Origin: Alteromonadaceae bacterium
Lineage (GTDB): Bacteria > Pseudomonadota > Gammaproteobacteria > Enterobacterales > Alteromonadaceae
DNA: 64,000 nucleotides
Direction of reading: 5' to 3'
NCBI GenBank assembly: GCA_042091475.1
Contig: JBELHI010000002.1
Span: 606-64,605 of the forward strand
The notes under the pieces were generated by a model that made no database searches, was not told the origin of the DNA, and saw only the letters and a program-made list of their open reading frames with translations. Position 1 is the stretch's first letter; the number at the start of each line of letters is the position of its first letter. The position numbers and the translations under genes were made by a program. Below, in pieces: positions 31,549 to 42,172 of the stretch.

Positions 31549-32826
31549 ATGTCACACAATTATAAGCAAACCCATATTGGCGATAAAAGAATAAAACCAG
31601 AATCTCAAATGATGGGCTTTGGTTATGAGCCAAAACTTTCTGAGGGGGCAATCAAATGCCCAAACTTTCAAAGTTCCACTTTTGTCTTTGAGTCAGCTCA
31701 GGCGGGTAAAGATTTTTTTGATATTGTGTCTGGCAGACGGCCATTAAAAGACGGTGAACAAGCCGGCCTGGTATATTCTCGCTTCAACAATCCCACCGTT
31801 GAAATTGCAGAAAATCGGATTGCTCTCTGGGATCAAGCTGACGATTGCTTAATCACAGGTAGTGGCATGTCAGCAATCTCAACCGTATTGCTTGCGCTAT
31901 CAGAGCCAGGTGATGTGATCATCTATTCAGAGCCTATCTATGGCGGTACTGATAGTCTAGTGAACGGTATTTTAAAGCAAATGGGCGTAAAGTCTGTGGG
32001 CTATAACGCCAGCGAGGGTATCACTGGCCTTGTATCAGCACTACAGCAAGCACAAGAACTTGGTCCTATCTCAGTGGTGCTGTTAGAGACGCCAGATAAC
32101 CCTACAAACAACTTAATTGACATATCAGCGGCTAAACAGGCACTTACTAACATTCAGCCAGATCAACAAAAAGAGGCTGTGTTAGCCGTAGACAACACTA
32201 TGCTCGGCCCGGTTTGGCAACAACCACTGAAACACGGTGCCGATTTATGTATTTACTCTCTGACTAAATACGTTGGTGGTCATTCTGATCTTGTTGGTGG
32301 TAGCTGTTCTGGTAACAAAGAACTGGTTGGCAAAATACGCAAAGTCAGAAATAGCATTGGTACCACCATGGATAGCCACACGGCATGGTTAATACTACGC
32401 TCATTAGAGACACTAAAAATTCGTATGCAAGCATCAAATACCAGTGCCAAAGAAGTTGTGGCCTTTTTACAATCTCACCCCAAAGTAGGTAAAATTCATT
32501 ATCCGGGTAGTTTGCCAACAGACCATCCCCAATATGCTATTTACCAAAAGCAATGCAGCGGTGCAGGTTCAACGTTTTCATTTGAAGTAGAAGGTGGTCA
32601 AGATGGAGCTTTTGCAGTGCTTGATAATTTGCAATTGATTCAGTTGGCCGTCAGTCTTGGTGGTACAGAGAGCTTAGCCCAGCATCCAGCCGCCATGACA
32701 CACTCAGGTGTACCGAAGCAACGCCGTGAAGCTATTGGTATCACTGACGGCTTGATTAGAATCTCTGTTGGTGTAGAAGATGCTGACGATCTGATTGCTG
32801 ACTTAAGCCAAGCATTAGGTGATTAA
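31549..32826 (+). CDS. Cys/Met-metabolism PLP-dependent enzyme (cystathionine gamma-synthase / methionine gamma-lyase family)
   Basis: 425 aa. YSRFNNPT, DNTMLGP, the PLP-lysine motif SLTKYVGGHSD, and the C-terminal LIRISVGVED. Confidence 0.8.
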   Translation: MSHNYKQTHIGDKRIKPESQMMGFGYEPKLSEGAIKCPNFQSSTFVFESAQAGKDFFDIVSGRRPLKDGEQAGLVYSRFNNPTVEIAENRIALWDQADDCLITGSGMSAISTVLLALSEPGDVIIYSEPIYGGTDSLVNGILKQMGVKSVGYNASEGITGLVSALQQAQELGPISVVLLETPDNPTNNLIDISAAKQALTNIQPDQQKEAVLAVDNTMLGPVWQQPLKHGADLCIYSLTKYVGGHSDLVGGSCSGNKELVGKIRKVRNSIGTTMDSHTAWLILRSLETLKIRMQASNTSAKEVVAFLQSHPKVGKIHYPGSLPTDHPQYAIYQKQCSGAGSTFSFEVEGGQDGAFAVLDNLQLIQLAVSLGGTESLAQHPAAMTHSGVPKQRREAIGITDGLIRISVGVEDADDLIADLSQALGD

Positions 32827-33045
32827 GTAAAACAGCCCAGTAATACATTAATTTACAAGAAAGCGCATGTTCATGACTAGAGCATGCTCTTATCATTCTC
32901 TATTTGAGAGCAGTGAAAGAAAATGTGATGGCAAAGTGCTTTAAATGGTTAACTAAACCGGCACCTTTAACAAATGCTAATGACCGTGTTTATATTCGTT
33001 GGTGACTCATCTCATAAATCACCAACGGTATAACAGCTAATTACG

Positions 33046-33990
33046 TTAGCTTATGTTTTTTACCCGCAACTCTTTAGGCACTGCAAATTCAATGTTTTCT
33101 TCGCGGCCTTGTATTTCAACCACGTTAGAACCACCTAATGCATTCAAGCGCTTAATAACCCCGTTAACCAGTACTTCTGGCGCAGAGGCACCTGCGGTAA
33201 CACCAACAGTCTTAGCGCTGGCAAGCCAATGCTCTTCAATGTTAGATGCGTCATCAATCAGGTAGGCTGTTGTCCCTATCTTTTCTGATAGCTCCCGTAA
33301 TCTATTTGAGTTAGAGCTATTTTTCGCGCCCACCACCAACAACAAATCACATTGCTTAGCCAATACTCTCACAGCGTCTTGACGGTTCTGCGTGGCATAG
33401 CAAATATCATCTTTGCGCGGTCCCTCAATCTCAGGAAACTTGATACGCAATGCGTCAATAATATCTGATGTATCATCCACCGATAAGGTGGTTTGACTGC
33501 AATAGTACAACTTGCTTGGATCTTTTACTTCAAGCGTGGCAACGTCTGCTACATCTTCTACTAAATAAATACCACCAGCATCATTACTATACTGCCCCAT
33601 GGTACCTTCAACTTCAGGATGCCCCGCGTGTCCAATCAATATGCACTCAGTACCTTGGCGGCTAGCACGGGTAACTTCCATATGCACCTTAGTCACGAGT
33701 GGACAAGTCGCATCAAAAACCTTTAAGCCACGTTCAGTCGCTTTATTTCTAACGGCTTTTGACACTCCGTGAGCGGAAAAAATCACAATGTTGCCGTCTG
33801 GTACTTGGTCCAGTTCTTCAACGAACACGGCACCTCTGTCACGCAAACCATCAACCACAAATTTATTGTGAACCACTTCGTGCCTGACATAAATGGGCGG
33901 CGAAAACATCTCTAATGCCCGCTCAACAATAGTGATTGCCCTGTCTACTCCAGCGCAGAATCCTCTGGGATTGGCTAATTGAATATCCAT
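33046..33990 (-). CDS. ispH: 4-hydroxy-3-methylbut-2-enyl diphosphate reductase
   Basis: 314 aa. [31 protein letters not shown]. Confidence 0.95.
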   Translation of the reverse strand: MDIQLANPRGFCAGVDRAITIVERALEMFSPPIYVRHEVVHNKFVVDGLRDRGAVFVEELDQVPDGNIVIFSAHGVSKAVRNKATERGLKVFDATCPLVTKVHMEVTRASRQGTECILIGHAGHPEVEGTMGQYSNDAGGIYLVEDVADVATLEVKDPSKLYYCSQTTLSVDDTSDIIDALRIKFPEIEGPRKDDICYATQNRQDAVRVLAKQCDLLLVVGAKNSSNSNRLRELSEKIGTTAYLIDDASNIEEHWLASAKTVGVTAGASAPEVLVNGVIKRLNALGGSNVVEIQGREENIEFAVPKELRVKNIS

Positions 33991-33998
33991 ACCATGCC

Positions 33999-34448
33999 TT
34001 ATTTTACGTCAACAATCTCAACATCAAAAATAACCGTTTGCCCGGATAACGGATGGTTAAAATCAACCGTCACAGAATGACCTTCAATCGCTCTTATAAG
34101 TCCTGGGAGCTCATTACCATCATTCTGCGCGAAACCCATAATCATACCCACTTCTAGTTCGCTGGTTGCATCAAACTTAGTTCTATCCATGAAATAGATA
34201 TTATCTGGATTAGGCATGCCAAATGCGTCTTCTGGTGGTAAGGTAACACTCTTCTTATCACCTTTTTTCAGCCCCAACAAACAACGCTCAAAATTGGCTG
34301 TAAGACTGCCGTCACCCATCACCATTTTTGCAGGCTTGTTATATACACGGGTACTATCCGCGGCAGAGCCATCTTCTAATTTCAAATCAAAATGTAAAAC
34401 AACTTCACTCGACTCATCGATTGTTTTTTCAGTCACACTTATACTCAC
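33999..34448 (-). CDS. fkpB: FKBP-type peptidyl-prolyl cis-trans isomerase
   Basis: 149 aa. Position between lspA and ispH matches the E. coli ribF-ileS-lspA-fkpB-ispH operon. Has an FKBP-like DFNHPLSGQ motif. Confidence 0.85.
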   Translation of the reverse strand: MSISVTEKTIDESSEVVLHFDLKLEDGSAADSTRVYNKPAKMVMGDGSLTANFERCLLGLKKGDKKSVTLPPEDAFGMPNPDNIYFMDRTKFDATSELEVGMIMGFAQNDGNELPGLIRAIEGHSVTVDFNHPLSGQTVIFDVEIVDVK

Positions 34449-34945
34449 TCTTCAGTTCCGTTATTACGCAACGCGTCTATTATAATAATGGCGGCACCAA
34501 CAAAAATTGCACTGTCTGCAATATTAAATGCCGGCCAATGCCATTGACCATAAAACACATCAATGAAGTCTATAACGTAACCATAGGCTAAACGGTCTAC
34601 TAAATTTCCAAGAGCACCACTAAGTACCAGACAAAACGCAACGGGCAACATGACATCGCTTTGCTTACTGGCTCTCAACCAATACAAAATCAAACCACTG
34701 ACTACAAATGCTATGATAGAGAAAAACCAACGTTGCCATCCCCCTTGCTCGGCGAGAAAACTGAAGGCCGCTCCCGGGTTTTGCACATAAGTAAAGTTAA
34801 GTAATGGCAGAATTTCAATGCTTTGATAGAGCTGCATATTACTGATAACCAAATACTTAGTAGCTTGATCAAAAACAAACATAAGCACAGCTAACCATAA
34901 CCAACGCAGGCCAGTCGTTTTAAACAAAGCAGTGATATTATGCAT
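34445..34945 (-). CDS. lspA: lipoprotein signal peptidase II
   Basis: From the ATG at 34945 the protein reads [18 protein letters not shown]..., which aligns with E. coli LspA ([32 protein letters not shown]). Overlaps the ileS stop. Confidence 0.9.
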   Translation of the reverse strand: MHNITALFKTTGLRWLWLAVLMFVFDQATKYLVISNMQLYQSIEILPLLNFTYVQNPGAAFSFLAEQGGWQRWFFSIIAFVVSGLILYWLRASKQSDVMLPVAFCLVLSGALGNLVDRLAYGYVIDFIDVFYGQWHWPAFNIADSAIFVGAAIIIIDALRNNGTEE

Positions 34946-37763
34946 ATTGGCGTGTCTCACCTTCACCGTCTACATTGCTCACACAGCGACCACACAAGGC
35001 TTCGTGTCCTTCATGTTGCCCAACATCCTCCCTGTGATGCCAACAACGCTCACACTTGGTACCACTGGCAACACCAACGGTTAACCAAAGACCATCTACC
35101 TCGGTAACCTCTGCGGATTGAGGAGCATCTTCTACAATCTCAACACTCGCACCAGAGGTGATCAATACAAAGCGCAGTTCATCGTCTAAACGAAGCAGCT
35201 GAGCGGCTAACGCTTCAGTTGCATACAAAGTCACATCAACTTCCAAAGAGCCACCCACCACACCGTCACGGCGCGCTTGCTCTATTGCTTTGTTAACCGC
35301 GGTTTTGACTTTGAGAATACTCTGCCAATAATTATTGTCAAACTTACCCTCCGGGATATCTTGCAGACTTTGGTACCAGGTTTCAGTAAACACATAGTCA
35401 GCGTGGTTGCCGGGCAAAGATTTCCATGTTTCTTGCGCAGTGAAGCTCATGATGGGAGCCATCCAACGAACTAAAGCTTCAGCAATATGGTAAAGGGCGG
35501 TCTGGCATGAGCGACGCGCATGACTTTCCGCCTTAGCGGTGTATTGTCGGTCTTTTACAATGTCTAGATAGAAACTACCCAAATCAACAGAACAGAACTG
35601 CATCATGGTTTGAGTGACTGTCAAGAAGTCATATTTTTCGTAGGCATCAATAATGGTTTTCTGAGCTTCAGCAGCACGAGAAATCACCCAGTGGTCTAAG
35701 CTGACCAACTCGTCCAGAGCTACCAAGTCAGTAGCTGGATCAAAGCCGTTCAGATTGGATAGCAAAAAACGCGAGGTGTTACGAATACGACGATATGCAT
35801 CAGCAGAGCGCTTTAAAATTTCATCAGATACCGTCATTTCACTGCGGTAATCTGTCGAGGCAACCCATAAGCGCAAAATATCAGCGCCTAACTTATTCAT
35901 TACCGTTTGCGGTGACACCACGTTACCCAGTGATTTCGACATTTTCTTGCCGTCACCATCCACAGTGAAACCGTGGGTTAGTACTTGCTTGTACGGTGCT
36001 TTGTCATTACTGGCAACCGAGGTCATCAATGACGACATAAACCAACCGCGATGTTGGTCAGAGCCTTCTAAATATAAATCTGCGGCAGCTGGAAGTTCGT
36101 CTCTTTGGTCAACTACAAAGTAGTGAGTTACTCCAGAATCAAACCAAACGTCCAAGGTATCTTGTACTTTGACGTAGTCGTCAGCATCTTCTCCCAGTAC
36201 ATCACTAACATCAAGATCCCACCAAGCTTGAATACCTGACTGCTCAACGGCTTTTGCAATGTGTTCAATGTGTTCTAAATATTTAGGGTGTAAATCACCT
36301 GAATCCTTGTGTACAAACAAGGCAATGGGTACGCCCCATGTACGTTGCCTAGAAATACACCAGTCCGGACGCCCCTCAACCATGGTTGAAATACGCTGTT
36401 CACCCCAGTTGGGTATCCACTCGGTATTGCGAATTTGCTCAAGGGACATTTCCCGTAAACCGTTGGTTTCCATGCCAATAAACCACTGTGGTGTGGCACG
36501 GTAGATAATCGGTGTTTTATGTCTCCAGCAGTGCGGGTAGCTGTGCTCAAACGACTCATGATGTACTAGCGAGCCGGCTTCTTTAAGGGTATCAACAATG
36601 GCGTTGGTAACCTTGAATACGTGTTGGCCTGCAAACAATGGGGTACCTTCAACATACACACCGTTGGCACCTACTGGGTTTGCTACTTCGATACCGTATT
36701 GTTTACCCACATTAAAATCGTCAACACCGTGACCAGGCGCAGTATGTACGCAACCAGTACCAGATTCAGTCGTCACGTGAGTACCTAAAATAAGTGGCAC
36801 ATTAAAATCATAAAATGGGTGATTAACACGCATGAGCTCAAGAGCGGCACCCTTGCAATAGCCTAACGCATGGTATTTCTGTACGCCAAAACGGTCCATA
36901 CATTGGGTCACCAAATCAGTGGCAACCACCAGTCTTTCTTGCTTGCCTTCATCTTCCACTTGAACCAGGGTGTACTCTAATTCAGGGCTTAAACACACCG
37001 CACGGTTAGCCGGTAAGGTCCATGCGGTTGTTGTCCAGATAACAACAGAAATGTCACCCGTACCTTGATGACCTTCAACACAGCTAAAGGCGTCAGCAAA
37101 ATTTTGTTCAGGTACAACTTTGAAGCGTACATCCAGTGACGGTGATATTTTGTTTTGATATTCAACTTCAGCTTCAGCGAGTGCTGAGCCACAGTCGGTG
37201 CACCAGTGGACAGGCTTAAAGCCTTTTTTCAAATGACCTTTGTCAATAATTTTACCCAGCACGCGAATAATGTCGGCTTCGGATTGGAAGTCCATGGTTT
37301 TGTATGGCTTATCCCACTCACCCAGCACACCTAAACGCATGAAGTCAGTCTTTTGGCCATCAATTTGTCTGTCGGCATAAGCACGGCATTTTTCACGAAA
37401 TTCCGCAGCGGTCACTTTTTTGCCCGGCTTACCGACTTTCTTTTCTACCATTAGCTCTATTGGTAGACCATGGCAATCCCAGCCCGGTACGTAAGGCGCA
37501 TCAAAATCAGACAGGGTCTTTGACTTTACAATAATATCTTTTAATACTTTATTAACGGCATGACCAATATGGATATTACCGTTGGCGTACGGAGGGCCGT
37601 CGTGCAATACAAACGGAGTTTTACCACGCTTTGCCTCTCGAATACGTTGATACAAATTGTCCTTGTACCATTGTTCAAGCATTCGTGGTTCACGCTTTGC
37701 TAAATCCCCGCGCATTGGAAATGCTGTTTGGGGCAAGTTTAGAGTTGGTTTGTAATCGCTCAT
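34938..37763 (-). CDS. ileS: isoleucine--tRNA ligase
   Basis: 941 aa. [26 protein letters not shown], the HIGH motif (GNIHIGHA), KMSKS, and a C-terminal Zn-finger. Confidence 0.97.
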   Translation of the reverse strand: MSDYKPTLNLPQTAFPMRGDLAKREPRMLEQWYKDNLYQRIREAKRGKTPFVLHDGPPYANGNIHIGHAVNKVLKDIIVKSKTLSDFDAPYVPGWDCHGLPIELMVEKKVGKPGKKVTAAEFREKCRAYADRQIDGQKTDFMRLGVLGEWDKPYKTMDFQSEADIIRVLGKIIDKGHLKKGFKPVHWCTDCGSALAEAEVEYQNKISPSLDVRFKVVPEQNFADAFSCVEGHQGTGDISVVIWTTTAWTLPANRAVCLSPELEYTLVQVEDEGKQERLVVATDLVTQCMDRFGVQKYHALGYCKGAALELMRVNHPFYDFNVPLILGTHVTTESGTGCVHTAPGHGVDDFNVGKQYGIEVANPVGANGVYVEGTPLFAGQHVFKVTNAIVDTLKEAGSLVHHESFEHSYPHCWRHKTPIIYRATPQWFIGMETNGLREMSLEQIRNTEWIPNWGEQRISTMVEGRPDWCISRQRTWGVPIALFVHKDSGDLHPKYLEHIEHIAKAVEQSGIQAWWDLDVSDVLGEDADDYVKVQDTLDVWFDSGVTHYFVVDQRDELPAAADLYLEGSDQHRGWFMSSLMTSVASNDKAPYKQVLTHGFTVDGDGKKMSKSLGNVVSPQTVMNKLGADILRLWVASTDYRSEMTVSDEILKRSADAYRRIRNTSRFLLSNLNGFDPATDLVALDELVSLDHWVISRAAEAQKTIIDAYEKYDFLTVTQTMMQFCSVDLGSFYLDIVKDRQYTAKAESHARRSCQTALYHIAEALVRWMAPIMSFTAQETWKSLPGNHADYVFTETWYQSLQDIPEGKFDNNYWQSILKVKTAVNKAIEQARRDGVVGGSLEVDVTLYATEALAAQLLRLDDELRFVLITSGASVEIVEDAPQSAEVTEVDGLWLTVGVASGTKCERCWHHREDVGQHEGHEALCGRCVSNVDGEGETRQYA

Positions 37764-37840
37764 AATTCCTCAAATACACCAAAATATTACCCTTGGCATC
37801 TAATCTATAAAATATTGTTGCCAGCAATATGGCTGACTGA

Positions 37841-38773
37841 CTAAACTAATGCATTACTCAGGATGCCCTTGGCACGCTGTGCATCTAATACAATTTGTTG
37901 CTTTAACGCTTCAAATGAAGCAAATTTTTGTTCATCTCTAATTTTTAATATCGGCGCTACACTGATGCGCTGGCCGTATAAATTAACATGGCTATCAAAT
38001 ATGTGTACTTCAAGCAGACGCTGCTGTCCCAATACCGTTGGTTTGTAGCCAATGTTTGCAACACCACCAAATACACCATCTGGCGTCGTCACATTTACCG
38101 CGTAAACACCGGAACATGGGCACCGCGTCATAAATAACGGCACATTAGCGGTGGGGAAACCTATGGTTCTGCCACGCTTTTGTCCATGCACCACGGTGCC
38201 GGATAAAACATAGGGGCGACCCAACATTTGCTCGGCAGAGTCAAATTCACCCGCCTGCACATATTCTCTTATCGCGGTGGAGCTTATTCGGCAATCTTTC
38301 ATGCGATAGCTTTGTGTGCTCACTACGTCAAACCCGCAAACCTTTCCCTCGGCAATTAGCATGGAAAAGTCGCCTTGACGGCCATGGCCAAAACGAAAAT
38401 CGTCACCCACCACCAAAAACTTCACGCCCAACCTTGCAACAAGCAAATCTTCTACAAATGTCTCTGCGCTCTGGGAGGCAAATTTTGCGTCAAACTTTAC
38501 CACCAACAAGCGTTCAACACCCAAGTCTCTCAGCTGCTCATATTTATCCCGCAAAGGACTCAAACGTGCGGGAGCAGAATCGGGATGAAATACCTCTTCA
38601 GGCTGAGGCTCAAAAACCATCACCGTCGACGGTAAACCGAGTTGTTGCGCACGAGACACTAGACTTTGAATGACCGCACGATGTCCAAGATGGATACCGT
38701 CAAATTTACCAATGGTTAACACACAGCCAAAATGCTCGGCACGGATGTTGTGCATACCGCGTATTAATTCCAC
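37841..38773 (-). CDS. ribF: bifunctional riboflavin kinase / FMN adenylyltransferase
   Basis: 310 aa with a GTG start. LTIGKFDGIHLGH, GFPTAN. Confidence 0.93.
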   Translation of the reverse strand: MELIRGMHNIRAEHFGCVLTIGKFDGIHLGHRAVIQSLVSRAQQLGLPSTVMVFEPQPEEVFHPDSAPARLSPLRDKYEQLRDLGVERLLVVKFDAKFASQSAETFVEDLLVARLGVKFLVVGDDFRFGHGRQGDFSMLIAEGKVCGFDVVSTQSYRMKDCRISSTAIREYVQAGEFDSAEQMLGRPYVLSGTVVHGQKRGRTIGFPTANVPLFMTRCPCSGVYAVNVTTPDGVFGGVANIGYKPTVLGQQRLLEVHIFDSHVNLYGQRISVAPILKIRDEQKFASFEALKQQIVLDAQRAKGILSNALV

Positions 38774-38918
38774 CTGTCCCTCACGCTATGATATCTATCA
38801 TCTATAAATGGGCTGAGTATATCCAACTCGCGGATGAGTTTCAGCTTTTGCGACGACTTTTTTCACAAAAACTGGTAAATAACTACAAATGTCCCCATTT
38901 ATTATCATCACAGGTAGC

Positions 38919-40478
38919 TTAAGTCTGTTTAACAAAATCCTTTACCCTAATACCCAGTAGCCCACTGACTAAAACAAAACTGCACAACCCAGCGACAACT
39001 AATTGCACCAAATAACTAATGCGGGTGGCTAAATCCGAATTTTGCCACGCCGCCATTGAAGGGTTTATCCAGTTGCACAGTAGCACCATACACAAGGTGG
39101 CTAACACAATTTTAGCGGCGAATAGCAGTACATCGGATGATAGGCGAAATATCCCCGTAACATGTAACTTACGATACAACAGCCCGGCATTTAGAGCAGC
39201 AGATAATGACGTTGCCATCGCTAAGCCAACATAGCCGAATGGAATAGCAAATATCACGTTGAACAACATATTTGATGCCATTGCCCAAACACCATATTTC
39301 ACCGGTGTTTTGGTATCTTGTTGGGCATAAAAAGCTGGCGCAAAGATTTTGATAAACATAAAAAATATTAAACCTGCACCGTAAGCAAGCAAACTATAGC
39401 TTGCCATTTGCGCATCGCTGTCAGTAAACGCACCGCGCTGAAACATCACTTTAATTAACGGGTAAGCTAATAACATTAGCGCAGCGGCTGCCGGCACTCC
39501 CACAGCAATGACACTCTTCAATGCCCATGACAAGGTTTGTTGAAAGTGTTTTGTGTTGTTATTAACTGAATGCTTGGACAATGCAGGCAAAATCACGGTC
39601 GCGATGGCGATACCAAAGACGCCCAAGGGAAATTCTAATAAGCGGTCAGAGTAATATAGCCAACTAATAGAGCCAGTCACTAGGAAGCTGGCAATGACTG
39701 TATCTAACAATAAATTAATTTGGCTCACGGAGACCCCAAATAGCGCAGGGATCATCAAGGTTCTTACCTTTTTAACATCAGGATCACGCCAGCCCCACTG
39801 GGGCCTCACTAACAAACCTGCGCGCCTAAGAAACGGCAGTTGAAATAACAACTGACAAGCACCACCAATAAATACCCCCCATGCCAAGGCAAATGCAGGT
39901 TGTTCTAAGTATGGCGCCAACCAAATGGCGCAGCTAATGATCGCCACATTGAGCAATACCGGCGTAAACGCAGCAACAGAAAAGCGATTAAAAGTATTAA
40001 GTATCGCACCAGATAAACCCGCCAGTGTGATAAACCACAAATAGGGAAAGGTAATTTTCAACATGTCACTGGCCAGCACGAACTTATCACCGTGCTCACC
40101 GCCTTCAAGATAACTATTAAACCAACCCGGGCCAAACAGCGCCGCGACAATGGGCGAACCAATCACGCCAATAATGGTAATCAGAGTAACCAAAACACCC
40201 AAAGTGCCAGCAGTGCGGGCAATAAACAACTTTAAATCAGGTAATGACTGAGTTTCCTTAACTTCTGCTAGCACAGGTACAAACGCTTGTGCAAATGCCC
40301 CTTCGGCAAAAAGACGTCGCAAAAAGTTTGGAATTTTGTTGGCAAAGTAAAAAACATCCGCGGCCGCACCAGCGCCCATTAACTGCGCGACAATAATATC
40401 CCTCGCCAATCCCAGCACACGAGACACAAAGGTCATGACACTGACAATAACCCCTGATTTAAACAATGTTTTTGACAC
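38919..40478 (-). CDS. murJ: lipid II flippase MurJ
   Basis: 519 aa, polytopic, GTG start. N-terminus VMTFVSRVLGLARD. Confidence 0.9.
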   Translation of the reverse strand: MSKTLFKSGVIVSVMTFVSRVLGLARDIIVAQLMGAGAAADVFYFANKIPNFLRRLFAEGAFAQAFVPVLAEVKETQSLPDLKLFIARTAGTLGVLVTLITIIGVIGSPIVAALFGPGWFNSYLEGGEHGDKFVLASDMLKITFPYLWFITLAGLSGAILNTFNRFSVAAFTPVLLNVAIISCAIWLAPYLEQPAFALAWGVFIGGACQLLFQLPFLRRAGLLVRPQWGWRDPDVKKVRTLMIPALFGVSVSQINLLLDTVIASFLVTGSISWLYYSDRLLEFPLGVFGIAIATVILPALSKHSVNNNTKHFQQTLSWALKSVIAVGVPAAAALMLLAYPLIKVMFQRGAFTDSDAQMASYSLLAYGAGLIFFMFIKIFAPAFYAQQDTKTPVKYGVWAMASNMLFNVIFAIPFGYVGLAMATSLSAALNAGLLYRKLHVTGIFRLSSDVLLFAAKIVLATLCMVLLCNWINPSMAAWQNSDLATRISYLVQLVVAGLCSFVLVSGLLGIRVKDFVKQT

Positions 40479-40666
40479 AATCTATCCTAACTGTGTGGAA
40501 GTAATATAGCTGTTGAGTATGCGACAAAAGCCCTAGTAAAAGAAGAGCCAAGAATATTAATTGCAAAAACTGCTGAAAAATATGCGAAAGGATTTGACAC
40601 AAGTACGAAATAAACCGATAATCCGCGTCCAGTATTTTTGACTAAATTTTAATTAGGAGTGTTACC

Positions 40667-40927
40667 TTGGCTAACATCAAGTCTGCTAAGAAGCGTGCTA
40701 CGCAAGCTGAAAAGCGCCGCCAGCACAATGCAAGCCGCCGCTCAATGATGAGAACGGCAATGAAGAAAATTATTGCTGCTATTGAAGCAGGCGACAAATC
40801 TGCTGCTCAAGCAGCATTTGCAGCCACTCAGCCTGTGCTTGACCGCTTTGCTGAAAAAGGTTTAATCCATAAGAACAAAGCAGCTCGCCTTAAGAGTCGT
40901 TTAAATGCTAAGGTCAATGCTCTTTAA
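40667..40927 (+). CDS. rpsT: 30S ribosomal protein S20
   Basis: [11 protein letters not shown]... The start codon is TTG at 40667, after AGGAG. E. coli rpsT also uses UUG. Confidence 0.93.
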   Translation: MANIKSAKKRATQAEKRRQHNASRRSMMRTAMKKIIAAIEAGDKSAAQAAFAATQPVLDRFAEKGLIHKNKAARLKSRLNAKVNAL

Positions 40928-40953
40928 TAGAGAGTTGGCATGCAGGTTGTTCT

Positions 40954-40979
40954 AAAAAGGCGCTATTAGCGCCTTTTTT
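40954..40979 (+). terminator. rho-independent terminator of rpsT
   Basis: AAAAAGGCGC-tatta-GCGCCTTTTTT. Confidence 0.75.
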
Positions 40980-41173
40980 ATTGTCTCTTTAAAGCATCAA
41001 CATCTCCCATCTGTTATTGAAATGTCACTTATGCTCTGACTATGGCGTTGCCAGGCCAACCTATTGGCGTTTAACTATTCTGTGTAACATCAACATCAGC
41101 TTTTGATAACAGTAAAAACCCATGCCATTTATCGTCAATGAACAGCACACCGTGACACAAAAACGTCTAATAT

Positions 41174-41213
41174 TGTTCACTTTTCCGTCACCCCATGGTC
41201 ACTTTACTGTCAA
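41174..41213 (+). promoter_or_regulatory. tandem Pho boxes (PhoB operator) with downstream -10-like TAATAC (41223-41228)
   Basis: TGTTCAC-tttt-CCGTCAC-ccca-TGGTCAC-ttta-CTGTCAA: four 7-mers at an exact 11-bp period. The consensus is CTGTCAT-N4-CTGTCA(C/T). The last repeat ends 9 nt before TAATAC and 45 nt before the ATG. Confidence 0.55.
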
Positions 41214-41258
41214 TTATTCAGCTAATACTTAGGGCATAACTAAATGAGGATATGACCT

Positions 41259-42065
41259 ATGAATCAAGAACACTATTACCCCACCGTGTGGTTATCTGAT
41301 ATCCACCTAGGCTATAAAGATTGTAAAGCTGAGTATTTATTGTCGTTCTTAGAAAGTAGTTATATCGATACCCTATATCTGGTAGGGGATATAGTTGATA
41401 TCTGGGCCTTAAATAAACGGCTTCACTGGCCAAAAAGCCATCAAGATGTTCTGAATAAACTTATTCAGTTGTCAGAACATGGGACCCGCGTGATCTATAT
41501 TCCCGGCAACCACGATGAACCCTTGCGCAATTACGAAGGTATTAATTTTGGAAACATTGAGCTACGACTATCAGCCGTTTATCGTAGTAAAAAAGGTAAA
41601 AACTATTTGGTTATCCATGGTGATCAGTTTGACGCAGATGTGCTTTGCTACGGTAAATGGTTTGCTTGGATCGGCGATAAAGCCTATGACCTACTGCTAG
41701 CAATCAACCGAACCAACAATCGTGTAAGAGAATTATTAGGTATGAGTTACTGGTCTCTCGCGGGCCATATTAAAGGTAAGGTTAAAAGTGCAAGAAACGC
41801 CATAATGCGTTATAAAATCGCAGGCTGCACTGAAGCAAAACGACAGAACTTAGACGGTATTATTTGTGGTCACATTCATCACCCGGAACGCGATAACATT
41901 GACGGCATTGAGTACTTTAACGATGGTGATTGGATAGAGAATTGTTCAGCTTTAACTGAGAATGAAGCGGGTGAAATGCAATTTGTATTTTGGACACATA
42001 CAGTGACAGCGTCACTACCAAAAATCCACAGTACGCCAATCTCTATTACAGATACAGCGGCATAA
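41259..42065 (+). CDS. LpxH-family metallophosphoesterase, LpxH2/PlcP-like (candidate phospholipase C for lipid remodelling)
   Basis: 268 aa with all calcineurin-like motifs: SDIHLG, VGDIVD, PGNHDE, IHGDQFD, CGHIHH. The N-terminus differs from canonical LpxH. GAGGA lies 8 nt before the ATG. Confidence 0.7.
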   Translation: MNQEHYYPTVWLSDIHLGYKDCKAEYLLSFLESSYIDTLYLVGDIVDIWALNKRLHWPKSHQDVLNKLIQLSEHGTRVIYIPGNHDEPLRNYEGINFGNIELRLSAVYRSKKGKNYLVIHGDQFDADVLCYGKWFAWIGDKAYDLLLAINRTNNRVRELLGMSYWSLAGHIKGKVKSARNAIMRYKIAGCTEAKRQNLDGIICGHIHHPERDNIDGIEYFNDGDWIENCSALTENEAGEMQFVFWTHTVTASLPKIHSTPISITDTAA

Positions 42066-42070
42066 ATTTT

Positions 42071-42102
42071 ATTCGTGGTGTCATAAAACTGACACCACGA
42101 AT
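42071..42102 (+). terminator. perfect 13-bp stem hairpin between the phosphoesterase and acyltransferase genes (no clear U-tract)
   Basis: ATTCGTGGTGTCA-taaaac-TGACACCACGAAT, starting 6 nt after the stop codon. Confidence 0.4.
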
Positions 42103-42172
42103 CAATATCTTTGTCACAGACTTCTTATAACCTTCGCTGCTTGTTTGTACATGTTCATAAGAGAGTGTCGTG

